Below are positions 38,290-48,626 of a stretch of DNA of 64,000 nucleotides, one piece after another. The first letter of the stretch is position 1, and the number at the start of each line of letters is the position of its first letter. A model generated the notes under the pieces. The model made no database searches. It saw nothing but the letters and a program-made list of their open reading frames with translations, and had not been told where the DNA came from. Both the position numbers and the translations under genes were made by a program. The stretch is from Acidobacteriota bacterium (lineage in GTDB: Bacteria; Acidobacteriota; UBA6911; RPQK01; JADFOI01), in NCBI GenBank assembly GCA_963663035.1, contig OY760074.1, positions 3,104,001-3,168,000 of the forward strand, in the 5' to 3' direction.

Positions 38290-40530
38290 ATGACACTCAA
38301 GCAAGAAATAAATCGCAGAAGTTTCATCGTGACCAGCGCCGCTGCGGGCGGCGGGATGGTGGTGGGCTTTTACCTGCCAGGGGCCAACCAGGCCTTGGCT
38401 GCGGCCACCGACATAGATGGCTTGAAGATAGCCGGCAAACCGTGGACGCCGCCCACAGATGGAGCAGGCGCAGAGGTCAACGCCTGGCTTCTCATCTCCC
38501 CGGACGACACCGTAACCATCCGCGTCGGACAGTCGGAGATGGGTGAGGGCGTTTTCACCTCCATGCCCATGATCGTAGCCGAGGAGCTCCAGTGCGACTG
38601 GAACAAAGTGAAGGCCGAATACGCATCCGCCAACCGGAGCCTCGTGGAAGGTGGAGTCTACCAGCGGATGAGTACCAACGGCAGTGGTGCTGTTCGCCGG
38701 TCCCGTGAATTCCTGCAGCAGGCGGGTGCCAGCGCCCGTGAGCGGCTCATCCAGGCGGCGGCCAACCAATGGGGAGTGCCTGCTGCGTCGTGCACGGCCA
38801 AGGACAGCGTGGTCACTCACCGACAGACGAACCGAACCCTCAAGTACGGCGAACTGGCCAGCGCCGCTGCCGGCATCCAGTTGGCTGAGGAACCGACCAT
38901 CAAGACGCCCGAGCAGTTCACCCTACTGGGACAACCGCTAGCGCGGCTCGACACGCCCGTGAAGGTGGACGGCAGCGCCACGTTCGGTGCCGACGTCCGG
39001 CTGCCCAACATGCTGTTTGCCACATCCAAGACCTCCCCTATCGTCGGTGCCAAGGTGCAGAGCTACGACTTCAACGCCATCAAGAACCGTCCCGGCGTGC
39101 ATTCGGTGGTGGAATTTCCAGGCGACGACACTGGGAGAGGCCTGAGAAGCGGGGTGGCAGTGGTCGCAGACACCTGGTGGCGAGCCAAGACAGCTCTCGA
39201 GCTCCTGCCCATCGAGTGGGATTACGGCCCCCACACAGATGTGAACTCAAAGGATGTCGCCCAACGGGACCTTCAGGTGCTCAATGAGAAGACAGGCGCC
39301 ATGGTGCTGGAGGAAGGCGACGCCCCCATGGCCATGCAATCTGCCGCAAGGGTGGTGGAGGCGATCTATTCGGCCCCTCACCAGGCCCATGCCACCATGG
39401 AGCCTTTGGGCTGCACGGCCCAGGTCCAGGACAACCGGGTCGACGTCTGGCTGGGAACGCAGTCTCCAGAGGGCGCGCTTCAGGATGCGGCCAGACAAGC
39501 AGGCGTGGCACCGGAAAATGCGCACGTTCACAACTGTTTTCTGGGCGGCGGCTTTGGAGGACGTGGGTCGCGCGGCGAAGTTCGGCAGGCCGTAGAAATC
39601 GCCAAGACACTGGGAGGACGTCCGGTCAATCTGCTCTGGACACGCGAGGAAGACATGAACAACGATTACTTCAACCCCAGCCCGATGGCCAAATTCCAGG
39701 CCGGGCTGGGGTCGGACGGCATGCCTGTGGCGTGGTTCAATCGGATCACCAGCGATTCCATCTTCTACTGGCTCCGCCCCGAGATGGTGGGGAACGGCAT
39801 CGACCGCATCGCCGTTGGGGGCCTGGCCGACATGCCCTACAGCGTCCCCAACAAACGGGTTGAGTTCATCATGCGGAACAAGCACATTCCGGTCTCCTTC
39901 TGGCGTGCTCCGGGAGTCAACCATAACATCTTCATGCTGGAGTCGTTCATGGACGAGGTGGCCTATGCCAGTGGCAAGGACCCGGTTGAGTTCCGGCGCT
40001 CCCTGCTCAGTCAGGCTCCCGACTTGCTGAAGGTGCTTGACACGGTTGCGGAGAAAGCCAATTGGGGCAAGTCTCTGCCCCAGGGCACCGCCCAGGGCTT
40101 TGCCATCAGCGACAGCTTCGGGACCATCGTCGCCGAAGTGGCCGAAGTCTCCGTCTCCAGACGGGGCGAGATCAGGGTTGACAAGATCGTTTGTGCCCTT
40201 GACTGCGGCAACGTCATTAATCCGCTCATCATTGAGAATCAGGTGGAAAGCTGTATCGCATACGGCCTGAGCGCGGCCTTGTACGGCGAGATCACCCTTG
40301 AAGATGGGGCGATCATGCAGAGAAATTTTGACAACTACCCCTTACTGAAGCTGAGTGAGATGCCGGAGGTGGAGACCCATTTTGCCCTCAGCGGCGGCGA
40401 CAAGTGGGGCGGCATCGGCGAGGCCGCCCTGCCGGCGGCCCCAGCAGCCGTGGCCAACGCGATCTTCGCCGCCACCGGCAAGCGCATTCGATCGATCCCC
40501 TTCAAGCATCACGACCTCAGCTGGGGTTAG
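38290..40530 (+). CDS. iorB: Isoquinoline 1-oxidoreductase beta-like molybdopterin subunit, Tat-exported
   Basis: NRRSFIV, SEMGEG, HATMEP, LGGGFG, WTREEDM, FWRAPG, GIGE, ANAIFAATGKRIR. Confidence 0.9.
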   Translation: MTLKQEINRRSFIVTSAAAGGGMVVGFYLPGANQALAAATDIDGLKIAGKPWTPPTDGAGAEVNAWLLISPDDTVTIRVGQSEMGEGVFTSMPMIVAEELQCDWNKVKAEYASANRSLVEGGVYQRMSTNGSGAVRRSREFLQQAGASARERLIQAAANQWGVPAASCTAKDSVVTHRQTNRTLKYGELASAAAGIQLAEEPTIKTPEQFTLLGQPLARLDTPVKVDGSATFGADVRLPNMLFATSKTSPIVGAKVQSYDFNAIKNRPGVHSVVEFPGDDTGRGLRSGVAVVADTWWRAKTALELLPIEWDYGPHTDVNSKDVAQRDLQVLNEKTGAMVLEEGDAPMAMQSAARVVEAIYSAPHQAHATMEPLGCTAQVQDNRVDVWLGTQSPEGALQDAARQAGVAPENAHVHNCFLGGGFGGRGSRGEVRQAVEIAKTLGGRPVNLLWTREEDMNNDYFNPSPMAKFQAGLGSDGMPVAWFNRITSDSIFYWLRPEMVGNGIDRIAVGGLADMPYSVPNKRVEFIMRNKHIPVSFWRAPGVNHNIFMLESFMDEVAYASGKDPVEFRRSLLSQAPDLLKVLDTVAEKANWGKSLPQGTAQGFAISDSFGTIVAEVAEVSVSRRGEIRVDKIVCALDCGNVINPLIIENQVESCIAYGLSAALYGEITLEDGAIMQRNFDNYPLLKLSEMPEVETHFALSGGDKWGGIGEAALPAAPAAVANAIFAATGKRIRSIPFKHHDLSWG

Positions 40531-40931
40531 CACTCATCGTCGAGGATTTCCAGGCGATCGGGAGTATTGGGGACCACACACAGAAATTCGAAGGGTGCCT
40601 CAATCACTTGATAGAAGTGAGAGGTACCTGCCGGGATGTAGAGGACATCGCTGGCCTTCACCTCATAGACCTTTTCACCGATACCCACCCGGGCCCTCCC
40701 ACCCAAAACATACTGTTCGTGCTCAACAGTGTTGGTGTGGCGCGGCATACCGCCGCCTTCGCCCATGATGAAACGCCGCATGGAGAAGTTGGGTGCCCCA
40801 TCCTCCTCCCCGATCAACACTTGTGTCTGGGTTGCGACTCCCGCCTTCACCTCCTGCCTTGCCACCGCATGGGCTGGTTTGACAACTTCGCTGGGGGTGG
40901 ATCTTTCAGTCCTGTTCTGGGCTTCTCCCAT
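40527..40931 (-). CDS. Cupin domain protein
   Basis: MPRHTNTVEHEQYVLGG...YIPAGTSHFY. Confidence 0.85.
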   Translation of the reverse strand: MGEAQNRTERSTPSEVVKPAHAVARQEVKAGVATQTQVLIGEEDGAPNFSMRRFIMGEGGGMPRHTNTVEHEQYVLGGRARVGIGEKVYEVKASDVLYIPAGTSHFYQVIEAPFEFLCVVPNTPDRLEILDDEC

Positions 40932-40932
40932 G

Positions 40933-42147
40933 TCAGTTACCGCCGATGAAGTGGGTGGTGACCAAGGCCCAATAGTCGGAGTAGAGCCTCTGATCGTAGT
41001 CTTCCAGGAATACGGTCATCTCCTGCAAAATAGTGGTTAGCCGATGACCAGGAACGCGGGCAGGATGCAAGCCACCCATGCCCGTAAAAGCACGTATGAA
41101 AAAGCTCTTCTCCCCAATCGGCAGCTTCCGGATGTTTTCAACAAATGCGCCAAAGACTCCGCTGCGAAAGAGATACTGCTCCACGTTGGATGTATAGAAC
41201 ACCGACACGGAGTGTCCATTCTCTCTTAAGAAGTCTCCGATAGCTGCAAACGTCTTGGTCCCGGCGAAGTCTCCCACCAGGGGAATGATCCGATTGCGGA
41301 GGTGAAGCTCTCGAACGAACCGGTAGTCTTCTTCCTTGGCCAGGAAGTTGGCACGCAGACCTCGAAGATCCTTCTCCAGAAGAATTGCCCTCATTGTGGG
41401 AAAGCGCCCCCAACTCCATCTCCCCGCAAACCAGAAGCGAATATTGAGATTCTCCTCCCAGAAGGCCGTATAGACGTATTCCAGGGCCTTTCGGTCGTCC
41501 GAGGACAACGGAAACTTGAAATCTTCCTGGATGGTCTCTTCCACAACAGACAGGTTCTCTCGAAAGGTCTCCTCCACCCCAGGTGTCTGGTCAAAGTACA
41601 GGAGAAGTTCCGGCAGCAGGGTGTCAGTTCCCGGAGCGCTCTCTCCCGACAGAGGCTTGCTAAAGAGCCGCGACAGGAACTGGGCACGATTCTCCGACAA
41701 GTGGAAGAGTGCCTTGTACATGAGCTGTTGGATCATGGCCTGGCGGCGGATGTCGACGATAAAAGCAATTTGCGGCTGGACCTTGGCAATATAGGTGAAG
41801 TTCTGTTCCGGACCCACTCCGATATAGGCTCCCTCTCCCGTAGCTGCAAGTTCCCCTAGCTTGCCCAGGACATGCAGATAGGAAGTCTCGTTTGAGACGA
41901 AGTTGTCTGACAGGAAGTACCCCCCTTCCTCGGAGAACGCCCGGATAATACGAGAGAACTCCTCTGCCGGGATGCTCTGATCTTGAGATTGGGGTATGGG
42001 TTGGTGGGCTTCCAGCCAGTTTGGGGCGATCAGCCCGATCCCCAGGGTCATGACCACCAGGGCTCCCAGCCAGTGGTTGAGGGGAGATGGTCCTTTTCTG
42101 AAAATCGCCGCCAGAAGCGGAATCCTGAGCATGAACCGTTTGAGCAT
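40933..42147 (-). CDS. Exported conserved hypothetical protein
   Basis: Long ORF with TM/signal segment; GGYFLSDNFVSNE, YIGVGPEQNFTYIA, FYTSNVEQYL. Confidence 0.7.
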   Translation of the reverse strand: MLKRFMLRIPLLAAIFRKGPSPLNHWLGALVVMTLGIGLIAPNWLEAHQPIPQSQDQSIPAEEFSRIIRAFSEEGGYFLSDNFVSNETSYLHVLGKLGELAATGEGAYIGVGPEQNFTYIAKVQPQIAFIVDIRRQAMIQQLMYKALFHLSENRAQFLSRLFSKPLSGESAPGTDTLLPELLLYFDQTPGVEETFRENLSVVEETIQEDFKFPLSSDDRKALEYVYTAFWEENLNIRFWFAGRWSWGRFPTMRAILLEKDLRGLRANFLAKEEDYRFVRELHLRNRIIPLVGDFAGTKTFAAIGDFLRENGHSVSVFYTSNVEQYLFRSGVFGAFVENIRKLPIGEKSFFIRAFTGMGGLHPARVPGHRLTTILQEMTVFLEDYDQRLYSDYWALVTTHFIGGN

Positions 42148-42261
42148 TTCCTCCTCCAGTGCCCACCTATCTTACCTCAATCGATCCCAACTTGCCGGAG
42201 AGGCAAAGTTTTGCTACATTTCCCTCCTTTGTCATAACGTTTAGTGGAGAAAATAAGATTA

Positions 42262-43347
42262 ATGGTCGATACACTCAAGATAGCCGTCATTGGTGGTGAC
42301 GGAACCGGACCGGAGGTGACCAGAGAAGCGTGCAAAGTGCTCAACGCTGTAGCGCCTCTGGAGAACTTCAAGTACGAAACCGTCGAGTTTGACTACGGCG
42401 GCGATCGCTACCTGAAAACGGGCGAGGTCATTACCGAAAAACAGATCGATGAGTTTCTACAATTTGATGTGATCTACCTGGGCGCGGTGGGTCACCCCGA
42501 GGTACCGCCGGGCATTTTAGAAAAGGGGATGCTGCTGGAGATCCGTTTCCAGCTGGATCAATACATCAACCTGCGCCCGGTCAAGCTCTATCCGGGCGTC
42601 AGTTGCCCGCTCCAGGACAAAGGTCCTGAGGACATCCGCTTTGAAGTGATTCGTGAAAACACTGAGGACCTTTACTGCGGGGCAGGCGGATTCCTGCGTA
42701 AGAACACGCCCCAGGAAGTGGCTACCCAGGAGATGATCACCACCCGTTTCGGAGCGGAACGGTGCCTGCGATGGGCCTTTGAGCATTGCCGGCGACGCAA
42801 CGACCGCAAACAACTCACGCTGGTACACAAGACCAACGTGCTCACCTTTGCTGGGGATCTCTGGTTCCGTGCCTTTGAGGAGATCGGAGCCGCAGATTAT
42901 CCGGACATCAAACGCGACTACAATCACATCGATGCGGCCTGCATGTGGTTTGTGAAGAATCCTGAATATTATGACACCATCGTCGTGTCCAACATGTTTG
43001 GTGACATCATTACAGACCTGGGTGCCATGATCCAAGGGGGTCTGGGCGTGGCGGCCGGTGGCAATATCAACCCCGATCCGGGCGGTTGCAGCATGTTTGA
43101 GCCTATGGGCGGCTCAGCCCCAAAGTATACCGGCCAAGATGTCATCAACCCTATCGCGGCCATCGCGGCGATGGGCATGCTGCTGAACCTGGTGGGTGAC
43201 CAGAAGAATGCATCGAACGTTGTGGCGGCCGGCAATCGAATCGAGGAAGCCATCGCCAAGACCACTCCCAAGATGGAAAGCATGTCAGCCGGCCGGATGG
43301 GTTACACTACCAGCGAAGTCGGTGACTTGGTCAGCGAAGCGCTGTAA
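42262..43347 (+). CDS. leuB: 3-isopropylmalate dehydrogenase (short type)
   Basis: GDGTGPEV, INLRP, RENTEDLY, HKTNVL, NMFGDIITDL, FEPMGGSAP. Confidence 0.88.
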   Translation: MVDTLKIAVIGGDGTGPEVTREACKVLNAVAPLENFKYETVEFDYGGDRYLKTGEVITEKQIDEFLQFDVIYLGAVGHPEVPPGILEKGMLLEIRFQLDQYINLRPVKLYPGVSCPLQDKGPEDIRFEVIRENTEDLYCGAGGFLRKNTPQEVATQEMITTRFGAERCLRWAFEHCRRRNDRKQLTLVHKTNVLTFAGDLWFRAFEEIGAADYPDIKRDYNHIDAACMWFVKNPEYYDTIVVSNMFGDIITDLGAMIQGGLGVAAGGNINPDPGGCSMFEPMGGSAPKYTGQDVINPIAAIAAMGMLLNLVGDQKNASNVVAAGNRIEEAIAKTTPKMESMSAGRMGYTTSEVGDLVSEAL

Positions 43348-43389
43348 GGAAGGAGAGGAGTTCGGGGACAGTCCCCGAACTCCCCTTCC
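43348..43389. repeat. REP-like palindrome (GGGGACAGTCCCC core)
   Basis: GGAGTTCGGGGAC-A-GTCCCCGAACTCC perfect 13-bp arms plus GGAAGG/CCTTCC. Confidence 0.65.
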
Positions 43390-43403
43390 AGCACATCTAC
43401 AGC

Positions 43404-44351
43404 ATGGACGAACGCCCCACTCTCGAAACCATCCGCCAGGCTCACCAGCACATCCAGGGGTACATTCACCGCACCCCCGTCCTTACTTGCACCACCATCG
43501 ATCAGCGAGTGGGTGCCCGATTGTTTTTCAAGTGCGAGAATTTCCAGAAGAGTGGCTCCTTCAAATTTCGTGGTGCATCCCACGCCGTTTTGTTGCTGGA
43601 TGAGGACCAGGCGGCCCGTGGAGTGCTGACCCATTCCTCCGGGAACTACGCCGCAGCCCTGGCGCTGGCGGCTCACGCTCGAGGTATTCCCGCCTATATC
43701 GTCATGCCCTCCAACGCACCCGCGGTCAAGAAAGAGGCTGTCAAGAATTACGGCGGAGAGATCACCTTCTGTGAGCCAACGATGCCGGCTCGGGAAGCGA
43801 TGGCCGCGGAGATCCAGCAGCGCACCGGCGCCAATCTGATTCACACCTTTAATGATGATCGCAACATCTCCGGATACGGAACTGCTGCATTGGAATTGCT
43901 CGAGGAGGTGCCGGACCTGGACGTCATCATGACGCCCACGGGCGGCGGCGGGCTGTTGAGTGGGACTCTCATCGCCGCCAAAGGCCTCAAGCCCGATGTC
44001 CAGGTGATTGGTGCCGAGCCCGCCGGAGCCGACGATGCCTATCGCTCCTGGAAGGCGGGAAAACTGATTCCGCTGGAGCGGGCCGATACGATTGCCGATG
44101 GACTGCGGACGAGTCTGGGCGAAAGGACTTTCCCCATCATCAAAGACCTGGTGGATAGCATCGCACTCACCAGCGAGGAGGCCATCATGGAAGCGATGTG
44201 GCTGAACCTTGAGCGGATGAAGATCGTGGTGGAGCCGTCTGCAGCGGTGCCTCTGGCCGTATTATTGGAGCAAGCAGTCGATGTGGCTGGCCGCCGGGTG
44301 GGTATCATTCTCTCGGGCGGGAACGTGGATCTGATGAACAAACTGGCATAG
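43404..44351 (+). CDS. PLP-dependent serine/threonine dehydratase (serine racemase-like)
   Basis: FKCENFQKSGSFKFRG, HSSGNYA, PTGGGGLLSG, TIADGL, VEPSAA, SGGNVD. Confidence 0.9.
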   Translation: MDERPTLETIRQAHQHIQGYIHRTPVLTCTTIDQRVGARLFFKCENFQKSGSFKFRGASHAVLLLDEDQAARGVLTHSSGNYAAALALAAHARGIPAYIVMPSNAPAVKKEAVKNYGGEITFCEPTMPAREAMAAEIQQRTGANLIHTFNDDRNISGYGTAALELLEEVPDLDVIMTPTGGGGLLSGTLIAAKGLKPDVQVIGAEPAGADDAYRSWKAGKLIPLERADTIADGLRTSLGERTFPIIKDLVDSIALTSEEAIMEAMWLNLERMKIVVEPSAAVPLAVLLEQAVDVAGRRVGIILSGGNVDLMNKLA

Positions 44352-44394
44352 ACACACTACCTGCTTGAAACTACAATCAAGGGAGGAATAATCA

Positions 44395-45177
44395 ATGAAA
44401 GCTGGAGTCAAAGGCGTCACTCTCAACTATGAACTGGCCGGTTCAGGCCGGTTGATCGCTTTCGGTCACTCACTGGGCATGAGAGGTGAGATTTTCGACC
44501 CCATCCGGCCCATGCTCGAGCCATACGGTAGCCTCCTCACTTGGGACGCCCGTGGACACGGCAGCTCACAGAAGCTCGCGACGAGTTGGACGGTCGAAGA
44601 TCTGGCGAACGATTTACGTGGACTGATAGAGTACCTGGGCGGAGATCAGGCAGTGATCGCGGGCCTCTCCATGGGCGGGAACACAGCGATTGCCTATGCT
44701 TCGGCCTATCCCGACAAGGTGGACCGCCTGATCCTGGCCGACACCACCGCCTGGTATGGCGAGGACGCCATACCTGCCTGGGAGAAGCGGGCCCAAAAAG
44801 TGGAAGTAGAGGGGATGGAGCCTGTCCCCCTCTTCAACCTGCATCGCTGGTTCAGCGACGACTTCCTCCACTCCAACCCCCAGGAGGTGCAAAAAATCGT
44901 CGACATCTTGCTTGCCACCGACGTTGCCTCTTATGGAACAGCCTGTCGCGCCCTGGGCCACTTCGACGCACGAGATGGACTCCAGCGGATTACCTGTCCG
45001 ACCCTGATTCTTGTCGGAGCCGATGATCCGGCCACGCCCCCTGCCATGGCCGAACACCTGCATGAAAACATTCAAAACTCTCAGCTGCATGTTCTGCCAG
45101 GACTCAAGCATATGACGCCAGTTGAAGCACCGGAGCAGGTGGGTGGTCTGATCGCTGAATTCCTGCAGGACCGGTGA
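44395..45177 (+). CDS. Alpha/beta hydrolase, 3-oxoadipate enol-lactonase (PcaD)-like
   Basis: HSLG, WDARGHG, GLSMGG, GADDPATPP, KHMTPVE. Confidence 0.8.
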   Translation: MKAGVKGVTLNYELAGSGRLIAFGHSLGMRGEIFDPIRPMLEPYGSLLTWDARGHGSSQKLATSWTVEDLANDLRGLIEYLGGDQAVIAGLSMGGNTAIAYASAYPDKVDRLILADTTAWYGEDAIPAWEKRAQKVEVEGMEPVPLFNLHRWFSDDFLHSNPQEVQKIVDILLATDVASYGTACRALGHFDARDGLQRITCPTLILVGADDPATPPAMAEHLHENIQNSQLHVLPGLKHMTPVEAPEQVGGLIAEFLQDR

Positions 45178-45181
45178 TGGT

Positions 45182-45658
45182 ATGAGCGAAGACAAAGTCA
45201 TTCGAGAGCAACTGGCCAGCCTCCTCACAGGCCATCACGCCACTGTGGGCTTCGAGCCCGTCCTGGACAGCCTGCCGGAAGAGCTGCGGGCTACAAAGCC
45301 GGAAGGTGCCCCACACACACCCTGGCAAGTTCTCGAGCACATGCGGATCGCCCAGTGGGACATCCTCGAGTTCAGCCGCGACCCTGAACATGTTTCTCCC
45401 AAATATCCGGAGGGGTACTGGCCTGACAGCGAGTCACCCCCTGACGAGAGCGCTTGGAAAAACAGCATGGCTAATTTCTATTCCGACCTTCAGGCCGTTG
45501 CGGATCTGGTCGCTGATCCGTCTACTGATCTGTACACCCCGATTCCCCACGGCACCGGGCAGACGATTCTCAGAGAGGCCCTTCTGGTTGCAGAGCATAA
45601 CGCCTACCATCTGGGGCAACTCGTGCTCTTACGCCAACTCCTGGGCGCCTGGCCTTAA
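45182..45658 (+). CDS. DinB family protein
   Basis: PWQVLEHMRIAQWDILEF, LREALLVAEHNAYHLGQ. Confidence 0.85.
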   Translation: MSEDKVIREQLASLLTGHHATVGFEPVLDSLPEELRATKPEGAPHTPWQVLEHMRIAQWDILEFSRDPEHVSPKYPEGYWPDSESPPDESAWKNSMANFYSDLQAVADLVADPSTDLYTPIPHGTGQTILREALLVAEHNAYHLGQLVLLRQLLGAWP

Positions 45659-45684
45659 GGGGTTATAGAAAAGGAGGAGCAACC

Positions 45685-47445
45685 TTGAAAAACAAAGTTG
45701 TCCCATTTCTGACAGTATCCATGATTCTGGGCTTCATCTCTCCCGCGACCGCTCAAGCCCAGACCAGGCCTAAAATTGCAGTCTTTTTCGGAGCTACGGC
45801 CACAGTCCACAACAGCGTCGCCCTGGTGAGCAGCAACAAGGCGAGAGCCACTCATGGTCTCCCTCTTATGACGAATTCTGATGGGAGTCCAACACGTTTC
45901 GACCATCTGGTTCCTCAGCGATTGGCAGCCCCAGTGGTCGTGCTGATCGAGCAGTTCAGTGGCCATCCTTTAGAGAAGGATGTGGCTGAACTCTACGGTT
46001 CGCCTGACGGTTATGTGGATTCCATGGGGGACTTTCACGCCACCAGGCAAAATCCAGCGGACAAAGCAGTTTATCGGGTCACTCTCAGGCCCGAAGACGG
46101 GCTCTATCTGTTGCCCTATATGGCCCGGCAGGCTGACGGCACAGCGTGGGACAGCTCCTGTGCTTTTCCCAATGCCCCCTTTGAGAAGTGCCGGCAGACC
46201 TTCTACCCCGATGCCTCCCGGCTGTTCGAGGAGATCGACCGTGGCATTGGAGGAAAAAGCGACCAGGGAACCGCCAATCTGTTGAGTTCCAGGGCCAGCT
46301 TTGACTTCTATCGTGCCGTTACTTCTGGAGGCTATACCAAGGGTCTGCCTCACGCCGATCGAACGGATGTCGGTTCAGGAGATATCCCACCTGAAACGCT
46401 GGGAGAAGACTTTTTCCCCTATGCCCCTTATCGCAGGGACCCACGAATGGAGGACCTCGCCAAAGCAACCAATTCGGTTCAAAGAGCCCTGAACACTGGT
46501 GCTTATGCGGGTGCGATCTGGCTGGAGGGCAGTTTCAATGTTGCAGAGACCACCTACTGGCTGAACCTGCTCATTGACACCGAGCTGCCCATTTCCGGCA
46601 ACGCTTCCCAACGTGCCCATGGCAGTGTCGGCAATGATGGCGACCACAACATCATCGATTCTGTCGATTACATCCTCTCCCGGATCTGGGAAAACGGAGA
46701 AGGAAAGGACGACCTTGGCGCAGTCCTGCTGCAGGATCAGCAGATCTTTGCCGCTCGTGAGGTGGAGAAGGAGGACGCCAGGCCGGGAGGTTACCGGGCC
46801 ACTGGCGGACATGGGGGCATCCTGGGTACTATCGGTCCTCCTGTGACCATCTGGTTTCAACCCACCAACTTGCACACCTGGAGATCAGCCATCAACCTGA
46901 GCAGGCTTCCTTCTACTGTCCAGGGAGTGAGCAGAGTAGACGGGCAAATAGGGAGCGTCGAAGTTCAGATCAAGGACGAGGATGGGTTCCTGTTGGGAGA
47001 GGCGATTCCAAAGGTCACCATGGTGAAATACAACCGCTACATGAAAGATAATTCGATGGCACTGGCTGATGAAGAGGTCGAGGTTCCAGCCCGAATGGAG
47101 AAGAATCTCAGGGATAGCCCACTGAGCGGCTTTGTGGCAGAAGGTATCTGGGGAACGGTCCACGAGCCCCTGGAGAAGGCCTTGGAAATCGCTTCTTTAA
47201 GCGGCATGCCGGTGGTGAGGGTGAGCCGCGGCGATGAGTGGTCGATGGTGCGGCCCAATCCTTCCAATTTGACCATCGAAGGCAACAATCTGACGCCTGT
47301 AAAGGCAAGGTTGCTGCTCATGGCTGCCCTGATGAAGTTTGGAAGCCTTCCAGTGGCCGGCGACCCTCTCAATCCCACTCCAGCCGAAACGAAGGCAGTC
47401 CAGGATAAAGTTCAACAGTATCAAGAGGTTTTCAATACCCACTGA
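45685..47445 (+). CDS. Exported atypical asparaginase-fold protein
   Basis: Signal peptide; ETTYWLNL, GNASQR, DGDHNI, GMPVVRVSR, NLTPVKARLLLMAAL; the HGTDT motif is replaced by EGSFN. Confidence 0.6.
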   Translation: MKNKVVPFLTVSMILGFISPATAQAQTRPKIAVFFGATATVHNSVALVSSNKARATHGLPLMTNSDGSPTRFDHLVPQRLAAPVVVLIEQFSGHPLEKDVAELYGSPDGYVDSMGDFHATRQNPADKAVYRVTLRPEDGLYLLPYMARQADGTAWDSSCAFPNAPFEKCRQTFYPDASRLFEEIDRGIGGKSDQGTANLLSSRASFDFYRAVTSGGYTKGLPHADRTDVGSGDIPPETLGEDFFPYAPYRRDPRMEDLAKATNSVQRALNTGAYAGAIWLEGSFNVAETTYWLNLLIDTELPISGNASQRAHGSVGNDGDHNIIDSVDYILSRIWENGEGKDDLGAVLLQDQQIFAAREVEKEDARPGGYRATGGHGGILGTIGPPVTIWFQPTNLHTWRSAINLSRLPSTVQGVSRVDGQIGSVEVQIKDEDGFLLGEAIPKVTMVKYNRYMKDNSMALADEEVEVPARMEKNLRDSPLSGFVAEGIWGTVHEPLEKALEIASLSGMPVVRVSRGDEWSMVRPNPSNLTIEGNNLTPVKARLLLMAALMKFGSLPVAGDPLNPTPAETKAVQDKVQQYQEVFNTH

Positions 47446-47453
47446 TCATCGAG

Positions 47454-48479
47454 ATGACCACTCCGCTTGTCATTGAACTCAACGGGGTGATCGTGGCGGT
47501 CACGGATGACACACCACGGATCTTAACCGTGAAACACCTGGACCACTCTTTGATGGAGTCAAAACCCGATGCACTTCCCTTTGGTCCTCTCGATCCCGCT
47601 GCTGACCGTACGCTCGAGCTGGGCCTGCGAGGCTGGGTACGGGAGCAAACCGGAATCGAGCTGGGGTACGTCGAACAACTGTACACGTTCGGGGACCGCA
47701 ATCGCGACCCGGAGGAACGTCAAGGGGGACCGCGGGTCATTTCCGTCCCCTATCTGGCCCTGGTGAGAGAGGGGCAGCTCTCCGTTCGAGCAGAAGCCAG
47801 CTGGCGTGACTGGTATGACTATCTCCCTTGGGAACACTGGCTCTCAAACCACCCACCCATGATTGATGAGCAAATCGCTCCCGCCCTGGCTCGGTGGGTA
47901 AAGAAAACCAGTGAACCTGCTATGCTCCGCAGCCGCCAGGAAAGAGTCGAGATTGCTTTTGGTCTCAGAGGTGCAACCTGGGACGAAGAGCGGGTATTGG
48001 AACGCTATGAGCTCCTGTATGAGGCTGGCCTCGTTGCTGAACAGGCACGGGACAGGTTGTGGAGGAGAGAGTCCAGGAAAGAATCTCGAGACATCTCTGA
48101 AGATTCCTCTGTGGAACCCAAAACCCGCTTTCTCGGTCAACCGATGGCGCTGGATCACCGGCGAATCCTAGCAACCGCGCTGGGCCGGCTGCGGGGTAAG
48201 ATCAAGTATCGTCCCGTGGTCTTCGAGCTGCTTCCGCCCACCTTTACCCTATTGCAACTTCAGCGAGTGGTGGAAGCTCTGGCAGGAGTCCGTTTACACA
48301 AGCAAAACTTTCGCCGCTTGGTGGAAAAGGGAGGGCTAGTGGAAGGAACCAGCCAGTTTGACCCCAAAACCGGAGGCCGGCCTGCCATGCTTTTTCGCTT
48401 CCGGCGTGAGGTGCTCCGAGAACGCCCGGCTCCCGGCGTGGGCCTTCCCGGTGCAACCAGTGGCTCGCTTCTCAAATAA
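47454..48479 (+). CDS. nadQ: NAD-responsive Nudix-related transcriptional regulator NadQ
   Basis: LGYVEQLYTFGDR, LERYELLYEAGL, DHRRILATALGRLRGKIKYRPVVFEL, HKQNFRRLV, GGRPA; adjacent to nadA. Confidence 0.85.
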   Translation: MTTPLVIELNGVIVAVTDDTPRILTVKHLDHSLMESKPDALPFGPLDPAADRTLELGLRGWVREQTGIELGYVEQLYTFGDRNRDPEERQGGPRVISVPYLALVREGQLSVRAEASWRDWYDYLPWEHWLSNHPPMIDEQIAPALARWVKKTSEPAMLRSRQERVEIAFGLRGATWDEERVLERYELLYEAGLVAEQARDRLWRRESRKESRDISEDSSVEPKTRFLGQPMALDHRRILATALGRLRGKIKYRPVVFELLPPTFTLLQLQRVVEALAGVRLHKQNFRRLVEKGGLVEGTSQFDPKTGGRPAMLFRFRREVLRERPAPGVGLPGATSGSLLK

Positions 48480-48535
48480 AAGGGAGTACTAACCCAAAGA
48501 GGGATGATCTGCTTGATCACGGAGAGACGATTTAG

Positions 48536-48556
48536 TTATACTCACTTTTAGCATAA
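48536..48556. promoter_or_regulatory. NadQ operator upstream of nadA
   Basis: TTATACTCA-CTT-TTAGCATAA, one mismatch to the recalled NadQ box TTATRCTCANNNTGAGYATAA. Confidence 0.75.
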
Positions 48557-48626
48557 GAGTGCGTTTGGGTCGGCCCAAGGCGGACCACTTTATGGATGCA
48601 TTCTGGACCATAAGGAGTGTTTAGCG

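Noticed and set aside
37801-40530. Selenium-dependent molybdenum hydroxylase system (selD + moaC/moeA + iorAB)
   Set aside because: Genes are dispersed and yqeB/yqeC markers are absent; selD is adequately explained by the Sec trait
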